Positions 8,661 to 18,463 of a DNA stretch of 64,000 nucleotides are shown piece by piece. Every line of letters begins with the position of its first letter. Within the stretch, counting starts at the first letter, position 1. Made by a program: the position numbers and the translations under genes. The stretch comes from an uncultured delta proteobacterium (GTDB lineage Bacteria > Myxococcota_A > Polyangia > Fen-1088): positions 96,001-160,000 of the forward strand of contig CAVWIP010000011.1 in NCBI GenBank assembly GCA_963755125.1, in the 5' to 3' direction. The notes below the pieces were generated by a model that had not been told where the DNA came from, made no database searches, and saw only the letters and a program-made list of their open reading frames with translations.

Positions 8661-9905
8661 TCAGCGTGCCAATAGCTCTTCGTAGACGCGGAGGAGCCGC
8701 TGGGCGATGGCGGTCCAATCGTAGTCTTTTTCCACCAGTGCCCGCGCCTCCCGCGTCAGGCAGGCGGCGAGCGCGCGATCGGTCAGCAGACGCGCCACCG
8801 CTGCCGCGAAATTCTCGGCGTCGTTGGCCACCAGCAGGTGCTTTCCGTTCTCGACGGCAAGTCCCTCACAGCCAAGCGGCGTGGAAACCACCGGCCGTCC
8901 CAGGGCCATGGCCTCGAGAATCTTCAGGCGTGTTCCACCACCCGCGCGCAGAGGCACGACGGCGACGCGTGCGTCCTGGTAGAAAGGAAGGGGAGAGGGG
9001 ACGCGACCGACCAGGTCCATGTCGTCGCGTCCCGAGAACTCGCCGAGCACGCGCGGCGCACCTTCGCCCACGACAGTCAGACGGGCCTCGGGGATGTGCG
9101 CGCGCAGGGCCGGCAAGATGTTGCGCGCGAGGAAACGAACCGCGTCGATGTTGGGCGGGTAGCGCAGATGGCCCACGAAGATCAAACGCTTGCCGACTGC
9201 GGCCTCGGCAAGCGGGCGCAGGGCCGCCGTGTCCACGCCGTTGGGCACCAGCGAAACCGCGGTGCCAGCGGCCACGGCGCGCAGGCGCTCGGCCTCGGGG
9301 TCAGAGACTACCAGAGCGCGGTCGAAACGCGCAGCATGGCGAGCCTCCCATCCGCGCATGAGATACGCCTTGACCAGCCATCCCAGTTTCTCCACCGCGC
9401 CCGCGTGCATGCAAAGCATGGTGCGATACTGGCTCTCGCAAAAATTGTGGAACGAGAGGATGGTCCGGCAGGGCGAGCCCTCGGGCACGGCATCGCGGAA
9501 GTGCGCCAGGAAAGAATGCTCGATCTGAAGGATGTCGACGGTGCCGCTGCCGATCAGGTTGCGCAGCTTGTTTTCCAGGGAGCGCGAGCAATATGGCCAG
9601 GTGACCAGCGGCCGGCCACGCACCAGATGTCCCACCAGATCGCGCGCGCGTTCGATGTCCGAGCCGGCACGCATCACCGCCCACTCGACCCGCTCGCACA
9701 AAGGCGCCAGTGCCGGCACGTGGCGAGCCTCGTCAGCCGATTCGAGCATGGCAAAGAGCAGGACACGGTAGCGCTCAGCCACCTGACGAATGAGATTGAA
9801 ATAGCGAATGGCTCCGCCGCGGTCAGTGGGCCAGGGCAGGCCATAGGTCAACCACAGAACCGTCTTGCGCCGGTCAACCACTTCATCCTTTCCCGCTGCA
9901 GCCAT
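8661..9905 (-). CDS. Glycosyltransferase family 4
   Basis: PWPTDRGG, VPNGVD, PNIDAV, GGGTRLKILEAMALGRPVVST. Confidence 0.93.
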   Translation of the reverse strand: MAAAGKDEVVDRRKTVLWLTYGLPWPTDRGGAIRYFNLIRQVAERYRVLLFAMLESADEARHVPALAPLCERVEWAVMRAGSDIERARDLVGHLVRGRPLVTWPYCSRSLENKLRNLIGSGTVDILQIEHSFLAHFRDAVPEGSPCRTILSFHNFCESQYRTMLCMHAGAVEKLGWLVKAYLMRGWEARHAARFDRALVVSDPEAERLRAVAAGTAVSLVPNGVDTAALRPLAEAAVGKRLIFVGHLRYPPNIDAVRFLARNILPALRAHIPEARLTVVGEGAPRVLGEFSGRDDMDLVGRVPSPLPFYQDARVAVVPLRAGGGTRLKILEAMALGRPVVSTPLGCEGLAVENGKHLLVANDAENFAAAVARLLTDRALAACLTREARALVEKDYDWTAIAQRLLRVYEELLAR

Positions 9906-9956
9906 GTCCGTCCCAGATCTGTCTGGGATCCCTCTCAACCGTCGGCGTGGCGCCGA

Positions 9957-10307
9957 TCAGGCCCACAGGCCGCTGCGCTGACGGCGCACGCGCCGGCAGT
10001 AGGCGTGAAGCATGCGCTGGTGCAACGACGCCATGGCAGTGAATCGCACACCCATGCCGTAGAAGTAGTCGTCCATGGTGTCCCGGCAGGTTTCGCCCGC
10101 AGCCCAGATGGTTTCGGGCATACCGGGCAACTTGAACTCCAGGCCCACCGGCGTGCGCGGCGGATTCGGATCCTGCAACAAGGTGTTGAGGAAGACTCCG
10201 CGCTCGCTGATGTCGACGGCAAGGCCGCGCTGGGGCCGATCCAGGACGTACGCGCAAAGAAGTGTCTCCAGAGGCAGACGATCATCGAATCGACGGTCCA
10301 AGTTCAT
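9957..10307 (-). CDS. PilZ-domain protein
   Basis: DRRFDDR and DISERG motifs; GMGVRF. Confidence 0.85.
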   Translation of the reverse strand: MNLDRRFDDRLPLETLLCAYVLDRPQRGLAVDISERGVFLNTLLQDPNPPRTPVGLEFKLPGMPETIWAAGETCRDTMDDYFYGMGVRFTAMASLHQRMLHAYCRRVRRQRSGLWA

Positions 10308-10424
10308 GGCGACCTCTCCTTTCGAGATGGCAGTCAAAGTGGGTTTATGTAGGATGAGAACCCACAAAGTGCGATTCGTCAAGTTTCACGTCCAGGCGGC
10401 GTGAGATACTGGAAAAACGCCCAC

Positions 10425-11441
10425 ATGGAAAGGTCCGACGACGACCATCAACCTCTCGTTTGCGACGCGAAGACCGCGCTGGTCACCGGGGCCTCGGGCT
10501 TCCTCGGCAGCAGCCTGGTGGCGAGCCTTTGCAGACGCGGGATCAAAGTGCGTGCTTTGGCCCGGCCCACTAGCGACTTGCGTCGCTTGTCCGGGCTGGG
10601 CGCGGAGATCGTGCGCGGTGATGTGTGCGACGCCTCGTCGTTGCGAGAGGCTGCCTGCGGCCAGCAGATCGTGTTTCACGCTGCAGCCAAGGTGCCTGAT
10701 TGGGGCTCGCGGCGCGAGTTCTTCCAAGCCAACGTGGATGGCACCCGCAACATGGTGGCGGCCTGTCAGGATGCCGGCGTCGAGCGCCTGGTACACGTCA
10801 GCTCGCTGACCGTGTTGGGTCTGCCCCGCCGGGGTGCGGTTGTTGACGAGCAGAGCCCCTACGATCCTTCGCCGCACGATGCGTACACGGCCAGCAAGAT
10901 CGAGGCGGAAAGAATCGTGCGCGAGGCCCACGGCCAGCGCGGCCTGCAGACCGTGGCGGTCCGGCCTGGGGCAATCTGGGGTGTGGGCGACCCCAGCATC
11001 ACCCCGCGCATCGCGGCCCTGCTGCGCCGGGGACGCGCGGTCTACATCGGCCGCGCCAACAACGGCCTGGCGCTCTCCCATGTCGACAACCTCACGCTGG
11101 GGCTGCGGCTCGCCGCCGAAACGCCGGCGGCGGCTGGCCAAGTGTATCACCTGACCGACGGCGAAACCGTGACCGCGCGCGAGGTTATCGACGGTCTGGC
11201 CGCGCTCCTGGGCACGGCGCGACCGCGCCTGTCTGTCCCGTACTTCGTCATGTACCTGACTGCGGCCGCGATGGAAGGAGTGGCGCGCCTGCTGCGCCGA
11301 CGCTCGCCGCCGCCCTTCACACGCTACGGCGTGCGCCTGATGGCCAGCGACTGTCGCTACGACAACCGCAAGGCCGAGCGCGAGCTGGGCTTTCGCCCGA
11401 CCGTCTCCTTCGGGCAGGGACTGGCGGCGCTGCAACTGTAG
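10425..11441 (+). CDS. NAD-dependent epimerase/dehydratase (extended SDR, 3-beta-HSD-like)
   Basis: TGASGFLG, HAAA, NVDGT, YTASK. Confidence 0.92.
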   Translation: MERSDDDHQPLVCDAKTALVTGASGFLGSSLVASLCRRGIKVRALARPTSDLRRLSGLGAEIVRGDVCDASSLREAACGQQIVFHAAAKVPDWGSRREFFQANVDGTRNMVAACQDAGVERLVHVSSLTVLGLPRRGAVVDEQSPYDPSPHDAYTASKIEAERIVREAHGQRGLQTVAVRPGAIWGVGDPSITPRIAALLRRGRAVYIGRANNGLALSHVDNLTLGLRLAAETPAAAGQVYHLTDGETVTAREVIDGLAALLGTARPRLSVPYFVMYLTAAAMEGVARLLRRRSPPPFTRYGVRLMASDCRYDNRKAERELGFRPTVSFGQGLAALQL

Positions 11442-11500
11442 GGCGACTGGCGCTGGGATCTTTCATCACCCAAGGAAACCCATCACAAGGAGAATCGATC

Positions 11501-11689
11501 ATGCAGAAGCAACCAGAAGCCTTGCTCGCGCACGAGCCAGTTTCAGGCCAGGCGGGGTTTGCCGAAATCTATGCTTCCGGCAGCCCGCCATGGGAGACCG
11601 GCAAGCCCAAGCCACCATTTCGCGCGGGAGGAGAGTCCCTGCTGGCCTTGCCGAAAGTCCCGGTCCCCTACCCCGAGTCCCAGAGATGA
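11501..11689 (+). pseudogene. N-terminal remnant of a class I SAM methyltransferase
   Basis: AAGGAG RBS; FAEIYASGSPPWETGKP resembles the F..Y...PPW..G.PQP start of such methyltransferases, then ends without a SAM motif. Confidence 0.5.
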
Positions 11690-11741
11690 AATTCGCAGTT
11701 GTCAGCGGGGCTGAGAGCCGCCACGATGGACGGGAACCCGC

Positions 11742-13781
11742 ATGCTTGATGTCGCCTCACTTGGGCCGCTGGTCGACCAGCGCGATGTGATCCTGGTCAC
11801 CGGCAAGGGTGGCACGGGCAAGAGCACCCTGGTGGCCGCCCTGGCCGCCCTGGCCGCCCAGCGCCGCGGGGGCGCGGTTGCGGTCGAGTTCTCCGCGCAC
11901 CGGCGCCTGCCTGACCTGATCGCGCCGGAAGGCGGCGTCAGGGTGGTCAAGATCGATCTGGACACCGCGCTGGAGCCAGCCTTGCGGCGGCTGGTCAACA
12001 TCCCCATGCTGGCCCAGGCGGTCCTGCGCAACCGGGTGGTGCGCCAGTTCATCCGTACCTCACCGGCCATGCGCGAGATGATCGTGCTCGACGAGTTGCG
12101 CGCCCTGGTCGACGAGAGCACGGCCCGGCGCCTGCCGGTGATCGTGGATCTGCCAGCCACCGGCCATGCCCTGTCGTTCCTGGACACGCCCCGTGCCGTG
12201 CACCGCATGTTCCGCATCGGGCCCATCGCGCACGCGGCCGAGCGGGTCCAGCGCCTGTTGCTCGACGGCAAGCGCTGCGAGATGGTGACCATCACCTTGC
12301 CCGAGGAATTGCCGGTCAACGAGACACTCGAACTTCTGCGCAAGGCCCGTCAGATGGGCATTGCCGCCCGAATCGTCGTAGTCAACCAGGTCCCGGCCAT
12401 GCTTCTGCACGCCAGCGACCGGCCGCTGCTCGAAGTCCTGCAACGTGAGAGCGAGGAAGCGCTGGCGCACCTGGCGCTGGCGGCGCAGAGCCAGCTTGAT
12501 GGGATGGACCACGCGCGAAAGCAGATCGAGCGTCTGCGCGGTCTGGAAAACGCAAACGTGGTGGAGTTCCCGGCCCGGCCTCCGGCGCCCGCACCTGGCA
12601 ACGGGCGATTGGCGCACACTGTGGAACCTTCCGCTGGCAGTGCAGCTCAACTGGCCACGCTCATCGCCGATGCGCCGCTGGTGGTCTGCGTGGGACCGGG
12701 CGGCGTGGGCAAGACCACCTTGTCGGCGCTTCTGGCCTTGCGCCAGGCTGCGGCCGGACGGCGCGCCCTGGTGCTCACCATCGATCCCGCGCGCCGGCTG
12801 GCCGACGCGCTTGGGCTGGTCGAGTTGACCAACGATCCGATGGAGCTGACCGGTTTCCGCAAGATGCACCCGACGGGCACGCTGAGCGCGCTCATGCTCG
12901 ACCCCACCGCGACCTTCGATCACATGATCGCGCTGCTGGTGCCCGATCCGGCGCGGCGAGAAGCGCTGCTGTCGAACCGGGTCTACCAGCACATCTCGCG
13001 CAGCCTGTCGGGGACCCTGGAATACATGGCGGTCGAGCGGGTGCACGAACTGTTTCGCACCGGCCGCTTCGAGCGCATCGTGCTGGATACCCCGCCCACC
13101 GGCAACGCCGTGGATTTTCTCGAGGCGCCCGATCGGGTGGCCACCTTCTTCAGCGACAAGATCACCCGCTGGTTCATGCCCGCGGCGGCGACGTCATCCT
13201 GGACCTCGCGCCTGTGGAGCCGGGCCGGGGCCGCGGCGACGTCGCTCATCGCGCGGGTGGCTGGCCCGTCGTTCGTGGACGAGACCGTCGGGTTCTTCGC
13301 GGCCTTCTCCGACCTGCTCGGCCATTTCCGCTCGCGCGGCGAACAGGTCGGCCGCCTGCTGCGCGACCCGCGCACCGTGTTCCTGGTGGTGTGCGCACCG
13401 GATCCGGCTCGCATCGTCGAAGCCCAGGTCATCAGCGAGCACCTGGCCGACGAAGGCTGTGTGCCCCGCGCCTTCATCGTCAACCGGGTGGAAGAAGCCT
13501 TCTTGCCCGGTCCCGGCGAGATCGAACGCGCGGTGGAGCGCGCGGCGGCCCTGCTGGGTGGGCTGGAAGAGCGCGAGCAGACGCGGGCCTTCATGGATCG
13601 CCTAGAGACCTTGCGCCGGCAGCAGGAGTCGGCTGCCGCGCTTCACGCCGAAGTGGTGGAGGCGGTCCGCGAATTCGCCGCCCCTCGTCCCGTGTTCACC
13701 GTGCCCCGCATCCCGGTCGGCGAGACCCCGCGCGATTCGCTGCTCGCCATGTACCTGGGATTGTTTGCCAGGGACGAGTGA
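11742..13781 (+). CDS. Fused tandem Get3/ArsA-family ATPase (BagA/BagB-like)
   Basis: Domain 1: GKGGTGKST, DLPATGH, LPEELPVNET. Domain 2: GPGGVGKTT, TIDPARRLA, DTPPT. Confidence 0.88.
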   Translation: MLDVASLGPLVDQRDVILVTGKGGTGKSTLVAALAALAAQRRGGAVAVEFSAHRRLPDLIAPEGGVRVVKIDLDTALEPALRRLVNIPMLAQAVLRNRVVRQFIRTSPAMREMIVLDELRALVDESTARRLPVIVDLPATGHALSFLDTPRAVHRMFRIGPIAHAAERVQRLLLDGKRCEMVTITLPEELPVNETLELLRKARQMGIAARIVVVNQVPAMLLHASDRPLLEVLQRESEEALAHLALAAQSQLDGMDHARKQIERLRGLENANVVEFPARPPAPAPGNGRLAHTVEPSAGSAAQLATLIADAPLVVCVGPGGVGKTTLSALLALRQAAAGRRALVLTIDPARRLADALGLVELTNDPMELTGFRKMHPTGTLSALMLDPTATFDHMIALLVPDPARREALLSNRVYQHISRSLSGTLEYMAVERVHELFRTGRFERIVLDTPPTGNAVDFLEAPDRVATFFSDKITRWFMPAAATSSWTSRLWSRAGAAATSLIARVAGPSFVDETVGFFAAFSDLLGHFRSRGEQVGRLLRDPRTVFLVVCAPDPARIVEAQVISEHLADEGCVPRAFIVNRVEEAFLPGPGEIERAVERAAALLGGLEEREQTRAFMDRLETLRRQQESAAALHAEVVEAVREFAAPRPVFTVPRIPVGETPRDSLLAMYLGLFARDE

Positions 13782-14172
13782 GTCGCGCAACACCACGCCC
13801 CCTGCCCGTGTCTCACCCCAGCGTGGCGACCAACCCCGATCGGATGATCCTTTCGTCGTGTGTCAGCAACGTGCAAAGCGTTCAAGCGAAGGGGGTACCC
13901 GATCCCCCAGGCTCCAGGGACTGCCCGACGCCTCTTCCCGGTCGCATGTCGCCCCGCCGCCGGCCACCACTTTTTGAGAAGCTACGGTGGTCTCACGCAA
14001 AGTATGGGCAAGGGCGAAAGCCCTGCCCGCCACCTTGCGATACGGAAGAATCTGACCCACTCTGCAGACCCTCCTTCTGACATCCAGCTACGTACAAGAC
14101 CAAAGGCCAAACCGAGGGGCCGTGCACGTAGGGCCTTGCCTCCGGGTCTTTCGTCTTGGCCACGTAAATATG

Positions 14173-14206
14173 TATTGATGTGTTTCTATATTGACATTGG
14201 TCGATG
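14173..14206. promoter_or_regulatory. Putative ArsR operator/promoter upstream of the first arsR
   Basis: AT-rich; TATTGAC-ATTG-GTCGATG (14189-14206, contains TTGACA) plus a weaker copy at 14173-14190. Confidence 0.6.
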
Positions 14207-14226
14207 CTCGGTCCAGGCTGAGTTGC

Positions 14227-14583
14227 GTGACGAAGCGTCTAGCCATCGCGGAACGGCCAAGCAAGGAAGCCCCTTATCTTTCGCCGCGCACGAAGTTCCG
14301 CACCAAGAACGTTACCCCGTTTGCCGCCCTGTTCAAGGCGCTCGCCGACGAGACTCGACTGGATATCTTGGTATTCCTCGCTGCCGCTGGCGACGCCATC
14401 TGCGTGTGCGAGATCGAGGACCACGTCGAGCTGCTGTCGCAGCCCACCATCTCGCACCACCTGCGTCAGCTTCGCGAGGCGGGCTTGGTCACGACCGAGC
14501 GTCGTGGCACATGGATCTACTACGCCGTCGACAAGTCAATCCGCGTCCGACTGGCCGAATTTGTTGCTCTCTTCGACGAATAG
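14227..14583 (+). CDS. arsR: ArsR/SmtB family repressor
   Basis: FKALADETRL, ICVCEI, SQPTISHHL, ERRGTWIYY; start uncertain. Confidence 0.92.
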   Translation: MTKRLAIAERPSKEAPYLSPRTKFRTKNVTPFAALFKALADETRLDILVFLAAAGDAICVCEIEDHVELLSQPTISHHLRQLREAGLVTTERRGTWIYYAVDKSIRVRLAEFVALFDE

Positions 14584-14599
14584 TTTTTTTGCCAAAATA

Positions 14600-14617
14600 T
14601 ATCGACACCTGTCAATG
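14600..14617. promoter_or_regulatory. Second putative ArsR operator, upstream of arsM
   Basis: TATCGAC-ACCT-GTCAATG, same consensus as 14189-14206. Confidence 0.55.
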
Positions 14618-14629
14618 AAGGAGAACGTG

Positions 14630-15547
14630 ATGTCCAATCCTCTCGTTACTATCGAACCTGAAGATGAATCCGCCTGTTGCTCCTCCTCCTGCTGCCCCGG
14701 TGGCGACGCCACGCCCATGCAAGACATCCGCGAAGTGGTCAAACAGCGCTACGGCCAAGCGGTACGGGCTCTCGCCCAGGGTGCGAAGCCATCGTGTTGT
14801 GGCTCCTCGGTGAAGGACGCGGCGACCGGCATGGGCGGAACGGATCCGATTACGCGCGACCTCTATGCCACTGACCAGACGTCCGGGCTGCCTGAGGAAG
14901 CCCTGCTCGCCTCGTTCGGCTGTGGCAATCCGACGACCCTCGCCGAGTTGCAACCGGGTGAGACAGTCCTTGATCTCGGCTCCGGGGGCGGCATCGACGT
15001 GCTGCTATCGGCAAGACGGGTTGGGCCGACGGGCAAGGCATACGGCCTCGACATGACGGACGAGATGCTCGCCCTTGCCGAGAAAAATAGAGCCAAGGCC
15101 GGCGCGACCAACGTCGCCTTTCTAAGAGGCACCATCGAAGCGATCCCGCTGCCAGACGGCACGGTGGATGTGGTCATCTCGAACTGCGTGATCAACCTGT
15201 CGGGAGACAAGGACAAGGTTCTGCGAGAGGCGTTTCGCGTGCTCAAGCCGGGTGGCCGGGTCGCCGTGTCCGACATTGTCCTTCGCCGCGAGTTGCCCGA
15301 GTCGGCGCGCAAGTCCATGACCCTGTGGACCGGCTGTGTCGCGGGGGCGCTGGTGGAGGCCGAGTACGTCGGCAAACTTCGCGAGACCGGGTTTCGCGAC
15401 ATCACGGTCGAAGCGACCAGGATCTACGACAAGGAGGAAGTTGCCGAAATGGCTTCGTCCTCGTGCTGTGGCGGAGACATGACAGAGACGCTTGCCGCGC
15501 TCGATGGCGCGATCATGAGCGCGTTCATCCGGGCCAAAAAGCCATGA
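14630..15547 (+). CDS. arsM: Arsenite methyltransferase
   Basis: SCC, SFGCGNP, VLDLGSGGGID, SNCVINL, WTGCVAGA; AAGGAG RBS. Confidence 0.95.
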   Translation: MSNPLVTIEPEDESACCSSSCCPGGDATPMQDIREVVKQRYGQAVRALAQGAKPSCCGSSVKDAATGMGGTDPITRDLYATDQTSGLPEEALLASFGCGNPTTLAELQPGETVLDLGSGGGIDVLLSARRVGPTGKAYGLDMTDEMLALAEKNRAKAGATNVAFLRGTIEAIPLPDGTVDVVISNCVINLSGDKDKVLREAFRVLKPGGRVAVSDIVLRRELPESARKSMTLWTGCVAGALVEAEYVGKLRETGFRDITVEATRIYDKEEVAEMASSSCCGGDMTETLAALDGAIMSAFIRAKKP

Positions 15548-15668
15548 CCGCGTGCAGGCACATTTCCTTCGCCAACGGTCTCACCTCAGGCACCTCAAGG
15601 CACTTGTGGAAGTCCGATACCACTCGTTCATCGGCGATTTTTTTTGGGGCTGCTTTAGAAAGGAAACC

Positions 15669-16160
15669 ATGGATGACGTAATTAGTGTGTTGTTTGTTTG
15701 TATTCACAACGCCGCGCGGAGTCGGATGGCGGAAGCATTGCTGCGAGACCTTGGAGGGCCTAGGTTCGAGGTGACAAGCTCCGGCTACGAGCCTCAAGAG
15801 GTCAATCCTATCGTCGTCGAAGCGCTGGATCTCGTCGGGCTGAAAGTCGCTCACCCTGGACCGCAGCCTTCGGTCTTCGATCTATTCAAGGCGGGCCGAC
15901 TCTTCGGCTACGTCATCTCGGTTTGCGATTACGAGCACGGACAAAGGTGTCCGCTATTCCCCGGAGTCACTGAGCGGCTCTCTTGGAGCTTTCCAGATCC
16001 AAGCACGTTTACCGGCAGCCACAACGAACGGCTCGCGCGCGTCGTCGAGGTTCGGGATGCAATTCAAGATAGCATCGAGGCATGGCTTGAGACTTTGTCT
16101 ATCACCCCCACCCATACCCGCGCGAAAGCTTCACAAGCACGCAAGGAGATCACGAAATGA
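15669..16160 (+). CDS. arsC: Arsenate reductase, LMW-PTP type
   Basis: VLFVCIHNAARSRMAE, SVCD, CPLFPG, WSFPDP. Confidence 0.9.
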   Translation: MDDVISVLFVCIHNAARSRMAEALLRDLGGPRFEVTSSGYEPQEVNPIVVEALDLVGLKVAHPGPQPSVFDLFKAGRLFGYVISVCDYEHGQRCPLFPGVTERLSWSFPDPSTFTGSHNERLARVVEVRDAIQDSIEAWLETLSITPTHTRAKASQARKEITK

Positions 16161-16166
16161 AGATGG

Positions 16167-16913
16167 TTGTTCGGAACTACCGCGCCACTTCTGGCAATTC
16201 TGCCTGTCGCCACGACACTTGTGGGGTGCTCGCATATGCAGTTTCCAGTCTTGCCGGCTGCCCGAGTTGCCGCTGATCGCTCGCTCGACATGCGCGGCAG
16301 GACGATTGCGGTGTTCATCATCTATCACGCCCGCAAGATGCTCACCGGCATGCAGGACGGCCAGGTGCTGGAACTGGTGACCGACGCCTATGATGCCGTG
16401 GACAGCGAGATTCGCGCCTGGTGTCACGCGACCCATCAGACGCTGCGGCAAGCGGAGCCGGGACCGGGCCTGGTCCGCTACTACATAGAGAAGGTGCCCT
16501 TCAGGCCGAGCGGAAACAAGTTGGCGATGGTGATCTCGAACCCGGGCCTTGAAGAACTGCTGACCCCACTCGGCCTGGCGCTCACAGCGGCGCTGTCGGG
16601 CAGCGATGTTCACTTGGTTTTTCAGGGGCCTGCGGTGCGGGTTCTCAAGCAAGGATTCTCAGCCAAGCTGTCCGGTTGGAGCTGGCCGTTCAGCGGGTTT
16701 GCGCGTGACGGACTAGCTGAAGCCGGCCACTTGCCACCGCAGGACAAGCTGGCCCAGTTGCGCGAACTGGGCGCCAAGATCTATGTCTGCGGTCCGTCCA
16801 TGGACCACTTCGGGGTCAGTCGCAGTGAGCTCGCCTTCCCCGACGTCATCGTCGGAGAGTACGCGGTCTTCCTGGGCGCCATGGCAGGAGCTGACCTCAC
16901 CATAGTCCTGTAG
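16167..16913 (+). CDS. TusA/SirA-like + DsrE-like fusion with lipoprotein-like signal
   Basis: LVGC lipobox; LDMRG...GQVLELVTD...IRAWC (TusA-like); FQGPAV and YVCGPSM (DsrE-like); start ambiguous. Confidence 0.75.
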   Translation: MFGTTAPLLAILPVATTLVGCSHMQFPVLPAARVAADRSLDMRGRTIAVFIIYHARKMLTGMQDGQVLELVTDAYDAVDSEIRAWCHATHQTLRQAEPGPGLVRYYIEKVPFRPSGNKLAMVISNPGLEELLTPLGLALTAALSGSDVHLVFQGPAVRVLKQGFSAKLSGWSWPFSGFARDGLAEAGHLPPQDKLAQLRELGAKIYVCGPSMDHFGVSRSELAFPDVIVGEYAVFLGAMAGADLTIVL

Positions 16914-16933
16914 CGCAGAAGAGTTCTCTTGCC

Positions 16934-16963
16934 TTGACCCGTATATTCGGCTATACGAATATA
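16934..16963 (+). promoter_or_regulatory. Promoter/operator of the second arsR
   Basis: TTGACC at 16934; inverted repeat TATATTCG-N6-CGAATATA at 16942-16963, 10 bp before the ATG. Confidence 0.7.
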
Positions 16964-16973
16964 TGGGTGACGC

Positions 16974-17387
16974 ATGAAAGACGCGGCTCTGTTCTTCAAG
17001 ATTCTTGCCGACGAGGCACGGCTCAAGATCATCTGGCTGCTCTTTCACCATGACGAGCTGTGCGTGTGCGACGTCATGGCGGCGCTCGGCATCACGCAAT
17101 CCAAGGCTTCGCGGCACCTGGCCACGCTCAAGCACGCGGGTCTGGTGACCGACCGGAAGGACGGTCTTTGGTCGCACTACGCGCTCCGGCCGGCGAAAGA
17201 CGGGCTGGCCCAAACCCATCTCGAACTTCTGCGGCGCAGCCTGGCCGACAGACCTGATGCGGCTTCGCTTCTGAAGACGCTGCGCCGTTGGCTTCACGGC
17301 AAGAACCGCAGCGTGGCCTGCGCCAAAGCCTCCGCCCGTGCCGCCAAGAGGAAGACCACGACACGGCAACGAGGGGCAGCTCGATGA
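16974..17387 (+). CDS. arsR: ArsR family repressor
   Basis: [24 protein letters not shown]. Confidence 0.93.
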   Translation: MKDAALFFKILADEARLKIIWLLFHHDELCVCDVMAALGITQSKASRHLATLKHAGLVTDRKDGLWSHYALRPAKDGLAQTHLELLRRSLADRPDAASLLKTLRRWLHGKNRSVACAKASARAAKRKTTTRQRGAAR

Positions 17388-18463
17388 CTCGTCAGACGGC
17401 AGCAACTCAGGGCGTAACGAAGGGGCTGTCGTTTCTTGACCGCTTTTTGACGGTTTGGATCTTCCTCGCCATGGCGGTTGGAGTTGGCGGCGGGTATCTG
17501 TTCCCCGGCATTGTCCCTCTAGTCAATCGATTCAACGTTGGGACGACCAACATCCCCATCGCCATCGGTCTCATCCTGATGATGTACCCGCCGCTAGCCA
17601 AGGTCCGCTACGAGGAGATGGGGCCGGTCTTCCGCAACTTCAAGGTGCTCGGGCTTTCGCTCATCCAGAACTGGGTGATCGGTCCGATCCTGATGTTCGG
17701 TCTGGCCGTGCTCTTCCTGCACGACAAGCCCGAGTACATGGTTGGGCTCATTCTGATCGGCCTTGCCCGCTGCATCGCCATGGTCATCGTGTGGAACGAT
17801 TTGGCCAAGGGCGACAGCGAGTACTGCGCCGGCCTTGTTGCCCTCAACTCGATCTTCCAGGTGCTCTTCTTTTCGGTCTCCGCCTACGTCTTCATCACCA
17901 TTCTCCCGACCTGGTTCGGCCTGAACGGCGTGCTGGTGAACATCACCATCGGCGAGATCGCCAAGACCGTCTTCATCTACCTCGGCATCCCCTTCATCGC
18001 CGGGGTGGTCACGCGGTTCTCGTTGATCAAGTTGAAGAGCAAGGACTGGTATCATACGGCGTTCATCCCGAAGATCAGCCCCATCACGCTCATTGCGCTG
18101 CTTTTCACCATCCTGGTGATGTTCTCGCTCAAGGGCGCATACATCGTGCAGCTTCCGTTTGACGTCGTGCGGATCGCCATCCCGCTGCTCATCTACTTCG
18201 TGTTGATGTTCTTCCTCTCCTTCTTCATGTCGAAGAAGGTGGGCGCGACCTACGGCCAGGCGACGACGCTGTCATTCACGGCGGCCTCTAACAACTTCGA
18301 GCTCGCCATCGCGGTAGCCATCGCGACCTTCGGGATTAACCACGGCGCCGCCTTCGCTGCCGTCATCGGCCCGCTTGTGGAGGTGCCAGTCATGATCGGT
18401 CTGGTCAACGTCGCGCTCTGGCTGGGGCGTAGGTACTACCGCACGCAGGAGGCTTCCACATGA
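17384..18463 (+). CDS. acr3: ACR3 arsenite efflux transporter
   Basis: [35 protein letters not shown]. Confidence 0.97.
   Translation: MTRQTAATQGVTKGLSFLDRFLTVWIFLAMAVGVGGGYLFPGIVPLVNRFNVGTTNIPIAIGLILMMYPPLAKVRYEEMGPVFRNFKVLGLSLIQNWVIGPILMFGLAVLFLHDKPEYMVGLILIGLARCIAMVIVWNDLAKGDSEYCAGLVALNSIFQVLFFSVSAYVFITILPTWFGLNGVLVNITIGEIAKTVFIYLGIPFIAGVVTRFSLIKLKSKDWYHTAFIPKISPITLIALLFTILVMFSLKGAYIVQLPFDVVRIAIPLLIYFVLMFFLSFFMSKKVGATYGQATTLSFTAASNNFELAIAVAIATFGINHGAAFAAVIGPLVEVPVMIGLVNVALWLGRRYYRTQEAST

Noticed and set aside
11742..13781. Canonical arsenite-pump ArsA
   Set aside because: Motifs fit the Get3/BagAB-like pair; separated from the ars genes by a ~440-bp gap; no arsD
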